Assembly (NCBI GenBank): GCA_013239625.1 | Contig: MU053487.1 | Span: 2,005,058 to 2,069,057 of the forward strand | DNA length: 64,000 nucleotides | Reading direction: 5' to 3' | Origin: Lama guanicoe | Lineage: Eukaryota | Shown here: piece after piece, positions 1 through 14,862 of the stretch | Numbering within the stretch: the stretch's first letter is position 1 | Layout of the letters: every line of letters starts with the position of its first letter | Program-made: the position numbers and the translations under genes | The notes under the pieces: model-generated | Told to the model about the DNA's origin: nothing | Database searches by the model: none | Seen by the model: only the letters and a program-made list of their open reading frames with translations

Positions 1-480
1 TCTTTTCAAATTAGAGTTTCCTCTGGATATATGCCCAGAAATGGGATTTCTGGATCATAGGGTAACTCTATTTTCAGTTTTTTAAGGAATCTCCATACTG
101 TTTTTCATTGTGGCTGCACCAAACTACATTCCCACCAGCAGTGTAGGAGGGCCCCCTTTTCTCCACACTCTCTCCAGCACTTATTGTTGATGGACTTTTG
201 AATGATGGCATTCTGACTGGTGTGAGGCAATATCTCATTGTAGCTTTGATTTGCATTTCTCTCATAACAAGCGATATTGGACATTTTTTCATGTGCCTAT
301 TGGCCTTTTGGATGTCTTCATTGTAGAACTGCTTGTTTAGGTCTTCTGCCCATTTTTGAATTGGGTTGGTTGCTTTTTTTTGTTTTTGAGTAGTATGAGC
401 TATTTGTATATTCTGGTCAGTTGCATCATTTGCAAATATTTTCTCCCATTCCATACATTGTCTTTTCATTTTGAACATGG
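1..480 (-). mobile_element. L1 ORF2 C-terminal fragment (runs off window edge)
   Basis: ORF 74..490: EWEKIFAN...[29 protein letters not shown], the typical L1 ORF2 C-terminal region. Confidence 0.92.
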
Positions 481-1060
481 TCAGTCTCAATTTCCTTCTC
501 TATAAAATCAGACTCATGATTTTAGCCCAGTACTTACCACAAAGCAGTCTTGTGATGTGTCAGTTTCCTCTCTTAGTGTCCCAGTGAGGACGCTAGGGGA
601 TGCAATGCAAATGCACTCCAACCATTTGTTTTGCAGTGGAGACCACAAGACAACTGAAAAGTGAGGAGCAGACCAGCCCCCAGCCTCTTTCCTGCAGTTT
701 ATTCACAACACTTTTCAGGTCTGCCTGACTGGAAAATAGTACATTTCAGAGAGATCATTTGATGTAGCCTTTCCTTGTAAACAATTACCTGGCTATACAT
801 ATGCTTCTCACTGGAAACTTGCTTCAGTGCTGGACCTCCAGCAGCCCCACTCAGAGGAAAGACCCTGGAGAACATTGGTGTAGCATCCCCACAAGTTGGG
901 AAGAGGTGGCAGGTGGGGCCCAGCTGGGGAGCGGCCTCCTTACTGCTTAAACATGCCCAATGGTGAGATGGTCACCCTGGCTCTGTCCAAACCTGCTCAG
1001 TCCTGAAAACTCAGAGAACGCAAGCAGACAGCTTGGTCTGATCACTGAGTTCAAGTATTC

Positions 1061-1436
1061 TTTTTTTTTTTAATTAAAGTATAGTCAGTTTACAATGTTG
1101 TGTTAATTTCTGGTGTACAGCATAATATTTTAGTCATATATATACATACATATATTCGTTTTCATATTCTTTTTCATTATAGGTTACTACAAGATATTGA
1201 ATATAGTTCCCTGTGCAATACAGAAGAAAATAGTTATTTTATATATATATTACTTAGTATCTATAAATTTCAAACTCTCAATTTATCCCTTCCCACCCCC
1301 TTCCCCACCTAGTAACCATAAGTTTGTTCTCTATGTCTGTGAGTCTGTTTCTGTTTTGTAAATAAGTTCATTTGTGTCTTTTTTTTTATATTCCACATAT
1401 GAGTGATATTATGTGGTGTTTTTCTTTCCCTTTCTG
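1061..1436 (-). mobile_element. 5'-truncated L1 (3'UTR with poly-T)
   Basis: T-tract followed by L1 3'UTR sequence shared with other copies in the window. Degenerate TSD tgagttcaagtattctt (1046-1062) / tgagcacaagtgttctt (1437-1453). Confidence 0.85.
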
Positions 1437-1514
1437 TGAGCACAAGTGTTCTTATGCTTTCCCCAGTCCCGTCCTTTGTAGCTTTATCCCTGCAGCATCA
1501 GAAAAGTGAGGTGG

Positions 1515-3320
1515 GTGCCATGAATTTAGGATCTTTTGGGCCTCACTGATCAGGGTGTCCATTTCTCTCCCCACATTCAGGGAGTTTTTAGCCATCATTG
1601 CTTTAAATATACTTTCTGGCCCTTTCTCCTTCTCTTCTCCTTCTGGGATTTCCATAATGTGAATTTTCATTCTTTTCATTGTGCCCCATAATTTCCATAG
1701 TGTTTCTTTACTCTTTATTTTAATTCTTTTTCCTTTTTGCTCCTCCGGGTAATTTCCAGTGTCCCTTCTCTCTAGGTCATTGATTCTATCTCCTGTGTGG
1801 TCAAGTCTACTTTTGAAAGTCTATGAAATTCTTCAGTTAAGTTATTATGTTTTTCAACTCAAGGATTTGTTTCGTGGTTTTGGTTTGTTTCTTGGTGGTT
1901 GTTGGACTTCTGGCATTGTTTTCTAATTTTGTTTAGTTGCTTGCCTGTTTTCTCGTAGTTCACTAAACTTCCCTAAGAGAATTATTCTGCGTTCTTTGAC
2001 ATTTCATAGGTCTCCATTTCTTTAGAGTCAGTTTTAGAGATTTATTAGTTTCCTTTGACAGTGTCGTATTTGCCTGATTTTTCATGACCCTTAATTCCTT
2101 TTGTTGCTGTCGGCACATTTGGTGGGCTCCTCTTCCAGACTTTACAGGTTTGCTTTGGCAGAGACAGTTCCTCACCAATCAGCTCAGTGTGGGCTTCTAG
2201 GTGTGTCTGATGATAACATCTTTGGGCAGGTGGGGTCTGCTATGATAGTCTGTTTTGAGGCAAGACAGTTGTTTAGGCTCTGAATGCAGGAATGAAGTGG
2301 GGATGCCACTGGCTGAGAACAGTTGGTTAGGATGGTTGACTTGATTTCCTGCCCAAGTGAGGCCGTCGGATGGACTGGCTGGTTGCCCACGTTATCCGGT
2401 CAGGCTTACTAGATGTTCAGAACTGGGTACTCTGTTTTGTAGTAGATGGGGCTGTGAAGTAGCTTCCCTGCCCTGGCAGGGCAGCAGAATGGGACCTGGG
2501 GCGTGTACAGCTCTTTGTTTGCGGACCTGAATCAGGCCAGAGTGTGCACTGACTTCCCTGGGGTGAGGCTGTCAGTCTGGCTGTGCAGCTGGGGGAGGCC
2601 AGAGGCTGTGATCTCCTCTCAGGTACCATTGCACGTGGGGTGGGGATGGGCTAGACAGTTTCCCGTGTGCTCTGGTCAGTTTCCCTGGTCAGACAGGGTA
2701 AAGACTGCATTCAGCAATGGGTGGGGCTATGAATCAGGTTCCCTGCCTGGGCACAGCAGGAGAAGCAGCTCTGAAGCCCGTAAAGCTCTGTTTGTTGTCT
2801 TAACTCAAGCCAACACACCCCAAGTTCCCTGACCAAACAGGGTCACTAGCTTTGCTCTGCCCATCTGTCACTTAGCTCAAGTGCCCCTGGACTACACAGC
2901 ATCCAGGAGTTGCCACCAGCCCTTACGGTCAGATGGACCCAGAAGACACTCTCCTCAGCAGTAGGGCTGTGACTCAGCTCCTGGCCTGGGCAGGAGGGGA
3001 AGGGCCACTTCAAGCTACTCTCAGTTTCCCAGGTAGGCTCTCTGGTTGGGAGGGGCCACCCTCAGCCTTGGCTGTGGATTAATCCCCCTGCCTCTGCATA
3101 CAGTGGAAATGCTCTGCCCCTGGTACTGCCTTTGCTCTGCAAGATACTGGTTCTTCCTGCCCATCTCTTGGCTCAAGTGCTGCTGGGCTACACGGCTTCC
3201 AGGAGTTTTTCCAGCCCTTCTGGTCAGATGGAGCCAGATGACTCTGTCCACAGCAGATGAGTCTGTGATTCAGCTCTTTGTCTAGGCTTGGGCAAACCGG
3301 GCTCCAGGGCTGGCAGACCT
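1515..3320 (-). mobile_element. Older L1 5' portion (ORF1 and GC-rich 5'UTR)
   Basis: ORF1-like peptides IHIMEIPEGEEKEKGPESIFKAMMAKN and MKNQANTTLSKETNKS, followed upstream by a 5'UTR with internal repeats. Confidence 0.75.
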
Positions 3321-4797
3321 CCTCATTTCCCCTTCCAGCATGACCGAGATAACTTTAATTCATGTTTAAGGTCTCAACTCAAATGTTGCTTCCACCCGGC
3401 CTCTTCTGACCGTAAACTAAATGATCCCCTGTGGTATTTAGTGTAAATCTAGCTGCTATTAAAACAAATAGACTTCGACACGGAGGTGGCTCAAACCAGG
3501 TAGAATTATGTGTCTCGCTCATGTAGCAGTCCAAGGCAGGGTAATTCAAGTACAAGGGCTGGTGTGGTCACTAACTTCTTCAACACAGGGCTTCCAAGAT
3601 CACTGTGATAATCACTGACGGCCCGCTGGATCAGGGGAAGAGCACAGAGAAGCCTATATGGGAAGTTTTATGGGTCAAACCCAGAGTTGGCACACGCCCC
3701 ACCTTCTTGCATTGCGTTGTCAGTCACGGGGCCATGCCTCGGTGCAGGGGAGTCAGGGAGATGGAGTCCAGCTGCCTTCCCAGGAAGAGGAGAATTTGGA
3801 ATTTGGCAAGAAGGTAGCAGATTGTGCCACGAGGCTCCCTTCTCCTCCCTCTCCATTACATGCCCCTATAGCATGTGACATGTTCTCTGTGACACTTGGA
3901 AAGTCCATGAAAGTGGGAACGGGGTCTGCCCTTCCCCCACTGTATCCCTGCAAGCCTGGCATATCATGGACTATCAGTAAAAATGATACTGAACTAGGTG
4001 AAGTTGCTGCTTGGTTTGTTATAAAATGTCCAATGTCAGCAAGTTCGAGGAAAAGCCTTTGAGGCACACCTCTGACGGATGGGTGGTTCCGCACAGCCTC
4101 TCCCGCAGGTTAGCAGAATGCTATTACACAGCCCTTGAAGGTTTTTCCAGCTTGCTTCTTCCCACTTGTCTTAGGCCTTGTTAGGTAATTTCGATGTCTT
4201 GCCAGGGGAACACTTGTAGAACAATGTGTTTTATGGGCTCTGAGGTCATGCAGCCTGTGGAAACTTGGGGGAGGAGGGGAGACACACACACAGACCTCCA
4301 CTTAGGCTCAGGAGAAAGCTTGGTCATGCGCATTAATGAATGACAGACCTTCCGTTGTCCCGGCGAGGCACACATTTGTTCAGCATCTGCTGCTGTGTGC
4401 CAGGCACTGGGTCCAGAGCCAAGGACACAAAGATGATTACTTCTTTGAGGAGCTTGTAGACTTGCAAGGGGTTCACAGTCAGCTTGTTTTGGAAATATCC
4501 CTTTGGCAGTTTTCAGAAGAATGAGCAGGACAAGAGAAGGAAAAACCATCTGGGAGACGATTTGAATAGTCCAGGCAAGAGATGACGTCCTAGGTGGTTC
4601 TCCTTCACAGCTGTCTCTTTTTTTTAAACGTTTAGGGGTACAGAGGGTGGGGGTGGTAACAGAAGAGTGAGGGATGAGATTGAAATCAGACAGTATTGCC
4701 CTTCACCTGCGGTGCTTCAGCTCGGATGTCCCCCACCCCTTTCCAATCCTTTCAAATAAAGAATTCTGCCACTGAAATTAAGAAGAATTGGGATCAT

Positions 4798-5073
<276 letters not shown>

Positions 5074-6886
5074 AAGAATTGGGATCCCAACCATGTCAGA
5101 GATGGAAGTTGGACAATCTTCCCTGGCGTCCTCCATCCTTAGACTCCACTTTACTTCTTCCGAGTGTGGTTCTGGAGAAAGGGGCTGGAAAGCCCACTCC
5201 AGGGTGCATGCGTTCCATCATCTGTCAAGCAGAGCCGTCCTTTTGCTGGGTCTTTGTTGCTCTCAGGCTCTGAACTAAAAATAGACTTTCCAAAGAAGGC
5301 TCCCTTTAGGTGGTCCTACCAAGGCAATTTACATTATCAGCTCCCAGCTTCGAGACTAATTTGGAACACTCCTGCATTTGATGGCTTCCATTTTTTTTTT
5401 TCAAGGCTGACTGCTTTTTCATAACAGATTCCAAGGAATGGCTCACCCCAGAGATCTCAAATCTTAAGGCAGGAATCAGGACAGGAGGTGGAGGTGAGGT
5501 GAGCATAGTTGAGGTGTCAGGTAAACTCCAGCTGGATTCTCTGCACAGGGGTATCAAATTCTTCTGCTCATTTCTTTTTTCTAGGTTAAGGTTTAAAATA
5601 TCTGCCCACATCATCACACTCCTCTAGGCTTTGTACTAAGCCCAGTAACTCTGTGAGGTCACAATTCCCTTTTAGTGTACATGGGGTGACCAGTCGGTGT
5701 TGACCCCACCAGAGTGACCCCTGTCTGTGACATGGCTCTACTCTCATTGTCTGATCTCTGTTACCAAAGGGTGTGTGTGTAACCTGTCTCATTATAAAAT
5801 AAGCTTTCAAAGAAAATTCGACTCTCTAGGCATTTTGACGCCCTCCTGGGATGACTTTAAATGCTAAAGATGAGGAAATGAAAACTCAAGAGAGTTCATT
5901 GACTTGTCCGAGTTCAAACGTGCCCACATTTCCAGCATCAGAGTATGAGAAATAAAACTGAAAATCATTTTGGTGACTCTCAGCATCTATTTGGTCATGT
6001 GTCTTCCATTCAGAAACAAGGCATTTCTCACCATCTATTAAAATGTCTAGTTTTGTCCTCCATTTACTGATTCAGCAGTGACAGACAAGTGTGTTTGTCA
6101 GGCATGTAGTCCCGTCTGTTGTTATTGTTTTGTTTTATTTCATTTACTGTGTATAAGTTCTGCATAATTTCATAAAGTCTGTGTCTTAATATTTTTGAAA
6201 AAGTATTCCTGCTGTTTGAATGGGGCCTTGTTTGCATTGTATTTCTCATTTATTACATGTAGAGAGGAAACGTGTTGCCAGTTCCACTTTAATTTTCTAA
6301 CCAGCCATCTAGCTGAACTGTCTAATGAGTTTTGATAATCTTTAAGTTAGTTCCCTGTGCCTTTCAGGTAGACAGCTATGCCATCTGAAAATAACGATAC
6401 TAAACTTAAATTTGTTCCTGCATCTCTCTCTCCCTCTTATGACATCCTTCTTTTCTCTGACCTAACTGCCTTCCTTAATTGGACCAAATAAGAATTTGTA
6501 GGATTAAATTTCATTCATCCTTCAATCTGCAGTGGAATCCATTTTTTGGAAGTACCTCTGGTCTTGTCGGTGCTCCTTCAGTAGCATAATTTAAAGGGGG
6601 GTGGGTAGGTAACTTACAGAGAGACTATTTACAAAGCTATAAAGAGATCCGAAGGGGTCAGTCACAAGGACAGTACAGAGCCTGGAAGGAGAATCCTATA
6701 GAATAAGCCTCTTTGCAAGGAGGGGTGGGCTGCTGTCAGAGAACAAAGCCAGCCCCAGGTGATCCCACATAGAGGGAGGCAGGAAAGTAAATATTTTGAA
6801 CTCCCTCCCCTGCCTCCTGCCAGTCTCCTACTGGAGTGGAACTCCCCAGTGGTGGAAGTCAGCCATAAACCAGGTGGGATGAAAGG

Positions 6887-7073
6887 AAGGTTGCCAGATT
6901 TAGCAGATTAAAAGTGCAGGACACACAGGTACATTCCCGTTTCAGATAAACAACAAATGACTTCTTAGTATAAGTATATCCCAAATACTTCATAAGACAT
7001 ACTAAAATTTTCTTTGTTGTTTATCTGAAGTTCAGATTTTAACTCTGCACCCTGTATTTTATCTGGCATCCTA
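6887..7073. mobile_element. MER53-like palindromic hAT MITE
   Basis: Inverted termini ggttgccagat...atctggcatccta with internal inverted tcagataaacaac / gttgtttatctga. Degenerate 8-bp TSD gatgaaag / gatgactg. Confidence 0.8.
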
Positions 7074-9039
7074 GATGACTGATCATCGATGGATTCCATA
7101 TAGGTCAGCCTTCCTGAGCAGAGAGCAGGGTGGAACGTGCCAGCGACAGGGGACAGTGGCCTTAGAGAGGCAAATGCAAGATAGACTGACACACCCATTG
7201 GCTCACCTCTTTTGCCCCAGCACACCCAGGATTTGTTCTTATGTAGAAAAGTTGGGAACTCTAGCATAGGGAATACATGAGATCACAAAAACTACCTCAT
7301 CTTCGTTAGGGAATGTCAAGTAGGTCAGCCCTCTCTGAAACCAGCCTCCAGAACTGCGAGAAATCAATTTCTGTTGTTAAAAAGCTACCCAGCTCTGTGT
7401 TTGTTACAGCAGCGCATGCAGACTAAGACACATCATTTTCCTTCTCCATTAACTGGTCTTAGGAAAAGCCCCAGGAAGCCATAACTGTGAGCTGAGGGAG
7501 AGGCACTGAAGGTATGGTGACCGTGTTATGTTTTTAAGCTGGAGCATTTCTACATGAGTGTTTGTAATTAATATTTGTATTTGTAATCGCCATCTATGTT
7601 ATGTATCTTAACATCTATGCAAAAAGAAAAGAAAGAAGGAAAGGCCTAAAAAATATACCCAAGAAAATAAAATATGACCAGTTAATTAAGCAAGTGGTGG
7701 TTTTCTGTATACTAGTTTGTAAAGAAAAACTGAATTACTCTTTGATACCAATTCTGAGAACAGTGTTTTAGTCACTCACTGAATCTCAATTTCCTAAATT
7801 TTAAAATGAAATTCATAGTAACTGGATTGTAGAATTTGGGGTGAGTTTGCAAACAAAGACTGAATGGAAAGTAACACATGTTTGAAACGTAAAATAATTG
7901 CTAATTAGCAATATTAAGAGAGTTCTTACTTAACAATATGTCATTTTAATATATTCTATTGCTGTAACATAGTTATACCACATGTATCTTTTTCAAATTG
8001 ATAAGCTGAAAAAGCCTGATGAATTTAATAGGCCAGTCTGTCTTGAGCTCCTGGTTCTTGCAAACAGAAGATAAATTCTAAAATTTCCAGTCTCCAAGGG
8101 TAGTAAAGTAGGGATTATAAGGCCAAATACTTGTCAGCATTTTCATTCCCATTTGATAAGTTACGTCTCCTTTTTAAATTTATGCTATTTTACATATCTT
8201 CCTCTGGGCATTAGTCATTGTGTCTATAATTTTAGCAATGCTAATATTTAATGTATGTGTTCAGTGAATGAATAACATACTTTAGACACCCACACAGAGA
8301 AAGTCGAAAGAACTTCAATAGCATTTTAATGTAGTTACATTAATAGGAAAATGGGCACACGGGATGCTCACGTGGGAATTTCTTTGTGATGATCCTTATG
8401 GAATTTTTAAAAGTTTCAACTAGACTGTTAACAAAGTAGGTAGTTATAGGTGGGTGAATACATCAGGAAACAAGAATGGTCCTAGTGCAGGAAGGATGCA
8501 AGTAGAACAGTAAAGAGCATCTCACTGAAGGTCCTGATTTGACTAAAAGGAAACGAACCCGTGGCAGTAAATAAATTGGCTGTGTATTCTCATGACACCG
8601 TGACAATTATCTTTGGCGTCATGTCAACAGCTCTCACAACTCTTTCAGTCCCTGTCTGGAACCTTTTAAACCAGAGTGACAAGTGCCGGTTAGTGAGGTC
8701 TTAATAATGCCAGAGGGAAAGACTGCATGTGAAAGAACTCTTGCCCCAGTGATATTTGGACCTGGTGTGCCCCAGGAAAGAGAAATGTACTTACAGAAAT
8801 GAATGACACCAGTAAAAAGAGCATTGCTATTTAAAGTGAAGGGTAGAAGATTCCTCTTAGATTTCCTGCTGACATGCTTGGTTTTCCTGCTTTTGGTTTA
8901 ATCACTGGGACCAGACTTGTCTGGAAGATTCGGGACAATAAATGCTGCTACCATAAGTGCCCATAGGTTACACCAACTGATGCTGCCCAGATAAGAGGCT
9001 CTGCCCAAGACATGTGGCCGAAGCAAGCTTGAAAAGTAT

Positions 9040-10170
9040 TCAGTGGAGAAAAGACAGTCTCTTCCACAGTAGTGCTAGGAAAACTGGACAGCTACATGTA
9101 GAAGAAGGAAGTGAGAACATTCTCTAACACCATATACAAAAATAAACTCAGAATGAATTAAAAATCTGAATGTAAGACTGGATACTATAAAATTCCTAGA
9201 GGAAAACATAGACAGAACACTCTTTGACATAAATCATAAAATATGTTTTTTAGATCCATCTCCTAAAGAAAAGGAAACAAAAGCAAAAATACATAAATGG
9301 GACCTAATTAAACTTAAAATCTTTTGCATAGCAAAGGAAATTTTCGACAAAGCAAAAAGACAATGTACTGAATGGGAGACAGTATTTGCAAATGATGTGA
9401 CCAACAAGGGATTAATATCCAACAGATATAAACAGCTCAAACAATGCATATCAAAAAAAAACCCAACCTGATTAAAAGATGGGCAGAAGAACTGAATAGA
9501 TATTTTTCCAAAGAGGATATGCAGATGGCCAACAGGTACATGAAAAGATGCTCAGCATCGCTAATCATCAGGGAAATGCAAATCAAAATCACAGTGAGAT
9601 TCTCACCTCACACCTGTCAGGATGGCTATCATCAAAAAGAACACAGATAACAAATGTTGGCAAGGATATGGAGAAAAGGGAACCCTCGTACGCTGTTGGT
9701 GGGAATGTAAACTGATACAGCCACAGTGGAAAGCAGTATGGAGGTTCCTCAGTAAACTAAAACTAGAACTACCACATGAACCAGCAGTTCCACTCCTGGG
9801 TACATCCCCCCAAAAAATCCCCAAAACAATAATTTGAAAAGATACACGCACCCCAATATTCATAGCAGCGTTATTTACAATTGCCAAGATAGGAAACAGC
9901 CTAAGTGTCCATCCACAGATGAATAAAGAAGATGCGGTATACATACACAATGGGATACTACGCAGCCATAAAAAATGAAATCTTGCCATTTCCAGCAACA
10001 TGGATGGACTTGGAGGGCATTATTCTAAGTGAAATAATCAGATTGAAAAATACAAATGCTATATAATATCACTAATATGTGGAATCTAAAAAATACAACA
10101 AACTAGTGAATAAAACAAAAAAGAAGCAAATTCACAGATAAAGAGAACAAACTAATGGTTAGCAGTGGTG
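9040..10170 (+). mobile_element. 5'-truncated L1 (ORF2 3' end and 3'UTR)
   Basis: [20 protein letters not shown] and [19 protein letters not shown] motifs. Confidence 0.92.
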
Positions 10171-10670
10171 GAGGGGCACAACCCAATAGCCTACTGTTGG
10201 ATCAGAAACCGTGAGACCTGGCAGGTGCCCTCGGACATGTGTTCATGAGCCCAGCAAGACAAGAAGTAGAACTGCTCAGCTAAGCCTACCCCAGTTACTT
10301 GCTCATAGTCTTCTAAGCTGAATAAATGATTGCTGTTCTAAATTTATTATAGAATGAAACCTAATTGGTATACTCAGTGGCCCTGGATAATTTACTTAAT
10401 CTCTTAAAACTTGGGTCTCCTTATCTATAATATGGAAATCGTAACGGTAATTATCTCCTAGGTTGCTGGGAATATTAAATACCATGATGCTTACAAAGTA
10501 CTTATATAAATAGTAACTAGATAGTAACTAATAGTATGATTATGTGCTTATACACAGAATTTAATTTTTCCAAAGGTCAAAAGTAGCCTTATTTTCATTA
10601 TGTTGTATGCTCTGTAACTACTAAAGCCATAGTACTTCCTGGGACACGTTTTAAAAATAAACAATGGTGA

Positions 10671-11136
10671 TTTTTTTTTTGCAGTGCAGTTAATTACAAT
10701 GTGTCAATTTCTGGTGTACAGCACAATGTCTGAGTCATGCATTTGCATATATATATTCATTTTCATATTCCTTTTCATTAAAGGTCATTACAAGATATTG
10801 AACATAGTCCCTGGTGCTATATTGATGAAACTTTTTTAAAATCTAATTTTATATATAGTGGCTAACATTTGTATATCTCAAACTCCCAAATTTATCCCTT
10901 CCCACCCCCTTTTCCCAATAACCATAAGATTGTTTACTATCTGTGAGTCTGTTTTTATTTTGTAGATGAATTCGTAGTGTCCTTTTTTTTTTTTTCCAAA
11001 CATTCCACATATGAGTGCCATTATATGGTATCTTTCTTTCTCTTTCTGGCTTACTTCACTTAGAATGACAATCTCCAGGTCCATCCATGTTGCTGCAAAT
11101 GGCATTATTTTATTCTTTTTTATGGCTGAGTAGTAC
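10671..11136 (-). mobile_element. 5'-truncated L1
   Basis: MPFAATWMDLEIVILSEVSQKEK. Perfect TSD taaacaatggtga at 10658-10670 and 11137-11149. Confidence 0.93.
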
Positions 11137-12224
11137 TAAACAATGGTGATTTTTTTGTTTGTTTGATTTTTCAGTGTATTTGGGTGTTTCATACATCAAG
11201 TAATAGGTTTTTTAAGTGCTATTCAGTGAAGTGCTACAGTTTTGTGGGTTTCCCCCCAAAACTCAACTTTTTCTTCATTTTTTTAACAATTGCCTCCGCA
11301 CAACGAAGTATGAGCAGCTGAATTTTCTGTTTTCTATGACTTCAGCAGCACGTAACATCTTCCTGACTCATTGCCCAAGGGGAAAGCATGAGGAATATAA
11401 TACTTAACTGCATCACAGGAAGGAGACGTGTGTTTGCTAATGGCCTTCTGAAAAAATTAAGTGCTAAGTGGTTCGATTCTTTCCACTTCTCTATCTTAAA
11501 CATCAAGTCCAATGGAATTAATTTCCTAAAAAATTAAAATTCTGTCCTAATGGAATACAATTAGGAAAATACGTGAATGTTCCCTTTTCAATGGTGTAGA
11601 TTTAATTTCTCATAAGTAACTTCAGATATCTAAGAGCCATGAGCATTTGTATTCCAACAAAAGTCAAAAATTGACAGAAATTTAAGCCAGTGGCAATCAT
11701 ACTGTACAATACTTAGATTTTGAAATTTTTCCGTTTTTTGAACTAGTCTAAAGTTAACCTTTCACACCTCTGAACCAAGCTCCACCCCTATCCTCAGTGC
11801 CCCTTCAGTTGCAAAAACTTTGTTCAAGGTAACAGGTTCGCCCTTTATGGCAGAATTATCAAAAGCATCTTCAGTAATGCCTTTACAAATGGCTGTGTCC
11901 CGGTAGACAACAGCATTATTGCATCTTCAGTCTGAGTTCCACCCGAACCTAAAAGATGGATGTTTGTAAGAACATGCATAAGGACTACAAAACCCAAATT
12001 GCCAGTCCCAAAGACAATTAAATGAGGGAGCTTTTCAGTAAGAGCCTTGTTCATAGCATCAGTTCCTCCAATTTGTTTGAACTCATTTATACCATAGGCC
12101 CTAATTATATGTGCCTGTAAATAAAAGATAAGGTGCTTAAGTCGCAAGCATATATCTGAATTTCCCACTTGTGTTTTGAATCCTAGCAGGGTGCTCAATT
12201 TGGAGGCAGTAAAACATACACGAG

Positions 12225-12450
12225 CATGACTCTGTGATCAGAATGCCTTCACTTAATAGCTTTGTGCTCTTGGGCAAGATGTGTCACCTCTCTGAGCCAC
12301 AAGGCCCTCATTTGCAAAGTGAAAATAATATTATTACCTCCCACACTTAGGCGAGATAATGCATGTAAAAGCATTAAAAGGAGAAGCATAAAATATCTGC
12401 ATAAAGCAGTGGCTGACCCGTAAAAGCTCTCAGTACATGCTTGTTGCTGT
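12225..12450 (+). mobile_element. MIR SINE
   Basis: Core ttgggcaagatgtgtcacctctctgagccac...catttgcaaagtgaaaataata. Confidence 0.65.
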
Positions 12451-14354
12451 TGGGTGGTGCGTTTCACCTTGGCTGAGTGTTTCCTGTGATTGAAATGGCA
12501 TGGCTTAGATCACCGTTCCCGGCTAGTCCACCGCCATCAGTGTAGCAGGACCCTCATCTAAGACAGAGGTTGACAATACTGAGTGATCTCATGTCAGGTT
12601 GGCTGGGATCAAACACTATCTTATGATGCTTTCTACAGTCTGGGACTGTGTGATGTGGAATCAAGGGGAAGCAGGTCCCAGAAAGAAGGGAGGAGCTGGG
12701 TGAGATCAGCCTGGATTTAAGTGCAGCTGCCAGGGACATGTGTTAATTCAGATGACCAGACACATGTGCAAAATGTAACATGTTTCTGTCTAGATCAGTG
12801 TGTAGAACTGTTTCCTTTGCATGGGTCAGCCCCACATCTGATTACCAGGAAGTAAGAGTGACTGACCATGGAAGGAACATTGAACATGTGCAAACTAGAG
12901 TGTGACAGTACCTGTCACAGAAACAGTGTGAGGTTATGATTAGAGGAACCAGTGAGTCACAGACTGTCCAAACAGTTGGCTGTTTCTGTTCCTACCCAGT
13001 AGTCTAGACTGTCTTTAATTATCCTAGTCAGAATTTACTCATGAGATTCCAGAGTCACTGAAATGCAATAGAAACAAGGAAATAAGCCATTCAACCCCTG
13101 AGTAGGTAAGTGAACAGAATTTTAAATCAGAGGAGATGACGCAGTAATTTTGAAGTGTGACGGGAAGTGGCGGGCAGGTTATGACAACACTTAGGATGCT
13201 GGAACCAAGGAAGAGGTCAAGATACGGTGCTGCCAGAGTCAGCAGTTAGGTCTGGTTAAGAGGTGGCCACCTACGGGAGAAAGTATTTGGTTAGTCCATA
13301 CTCTGTGGCATTTAGGATGGGGAATGGTAATATGAAATACCATTATGATTTTGCCAGAATTCTGTTGAAATGGTGAAGTAATACAGGATATGTGTGTTTG
13401 GTGGGGGAGGACTAACATTTTTGGAGAGAAAAATAATTTAAAAGACATGTAGAAGGTGGGAGAATAATGACTGGAAACCATTCATCAGAGAGATAGTTTA
13501 TTGCGAAAAAAGAAGACGCACATTAAGGAATTAACATTCTGGGAAAAAACTAGCATTTTGTCTCTGCCGCTGTTGCTAATAATCACATGGATTTTTAAAC
13601 AATGGAGTCATCTCTTAGTGAACGAGTGGAGGTTTTACAATGCTCTGTTTGTTCTAATGAGTGAGGCTTGTAAATTATCCCTCTTTTCTGAGGTGCCTGC
13701 TTCCTCTTTAGTTAGATACATGTGTGGCTGTAGTCACATAGTCCCCAGATACTGAAATACATGTCGTATTTTCGTAGTCAACATCGCTTCCACAACTGTA
13801 AGGGTTTTTTGTATGAGGTAGTACTTTTCTCTCCTTGGTTTTTTCAAAATGATCACATTTCTAAGGGTTCACTTTCTTAAAAAGAAGAGCAGCCGCATGA
13901 CCCTCTCACAACACCTCCAGACAACTTTGCTGGCGCCTGGGCCGCTGAGGACGTGCAGGAGGCCTTCATTTCCCTTCTCTTAGATCCTATGATGAAAACA
14001 ACTTTGAATTTCACAGTTTGTCATTATCCATTGTCAGTAATTGCTCTATAATTAGCCTGCTTTTGCGAGTTTGGGAATTGGGAATTGGTCCACCGTGTAG
14101 GGATGTGCAACAGAAATAATCTAAAATATTTTAAAATTTCCTTTAGAAGTTTGTTTTTATAACCTGGGGGAAAAAACCCTCCATGAGCTTTGAGATTCCC
14201 CAGTGTATCTTCATCATCCAATAATTTCCACTTTTCAGCTCATAATTCCTTTGTTACATATCATAACAATTAAGAGTAATCCACCCAGTCAGTCATTTAC
14301 ATCTCCCCCGAAATATAATGTGAAGAGCCAAGAGCTCCCAATAGGACTTCCCAT

Positions 14355-14862
14355 CAAGAGTGTGCATGTATAGTTTGTAAAGAAATAGCAACGCAGATGA
14401 AGAAGATATTGTGTGTGTATATATTCACGATGGAGGACTTCTCAGCCATAAAGAAGTGTGAAATAATGCCATTTGCAGCAACATGCATGGAGCTGAGATT
14501 ATCATACTAAGTGAAGTAAGTCAAATATCATGATATCAGTTAAATATGGAATAAAGAAAATGACACAAATGAACTTACTTACAAGACAGAAAGAGACTCA
14601 TAGACATGGAAGTCAAACTTACGGTTACCAAAGGGGAAAGGGGGGAGGAATAAATTAGGAGTTTGGGATTAACAGATACGCACTACTGTATATAAAGCGG
14701 ATAAACAAGTTTCTACTGTAGAGCACAGGGAGCTAAATTCAATGTCTTGTAATAACCTTTAATGAAAAAGGATATGAAAAATGATATATGTGTAACTGAA
14801 TCACTATGCTGTACACCAGAAACTAACACAGCATTTAAATCAACTATACTTCAATTAAAAGT
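14355..14862 (+). mobile_element. L1 3' end
   Basis: ORF2 end (ataatgccatttgcagcaacatg) and 3'UTR ending caactatacttcaattaaaa. Confidence 0.85.

Noticed and set aside
11845..12198. 117-aa ORF with an acceptor-like site (tttacag) in unique DNA
   Set aside because: No recognisable homology and no partner exons. It needs a BLASTP or conservation check before any call.
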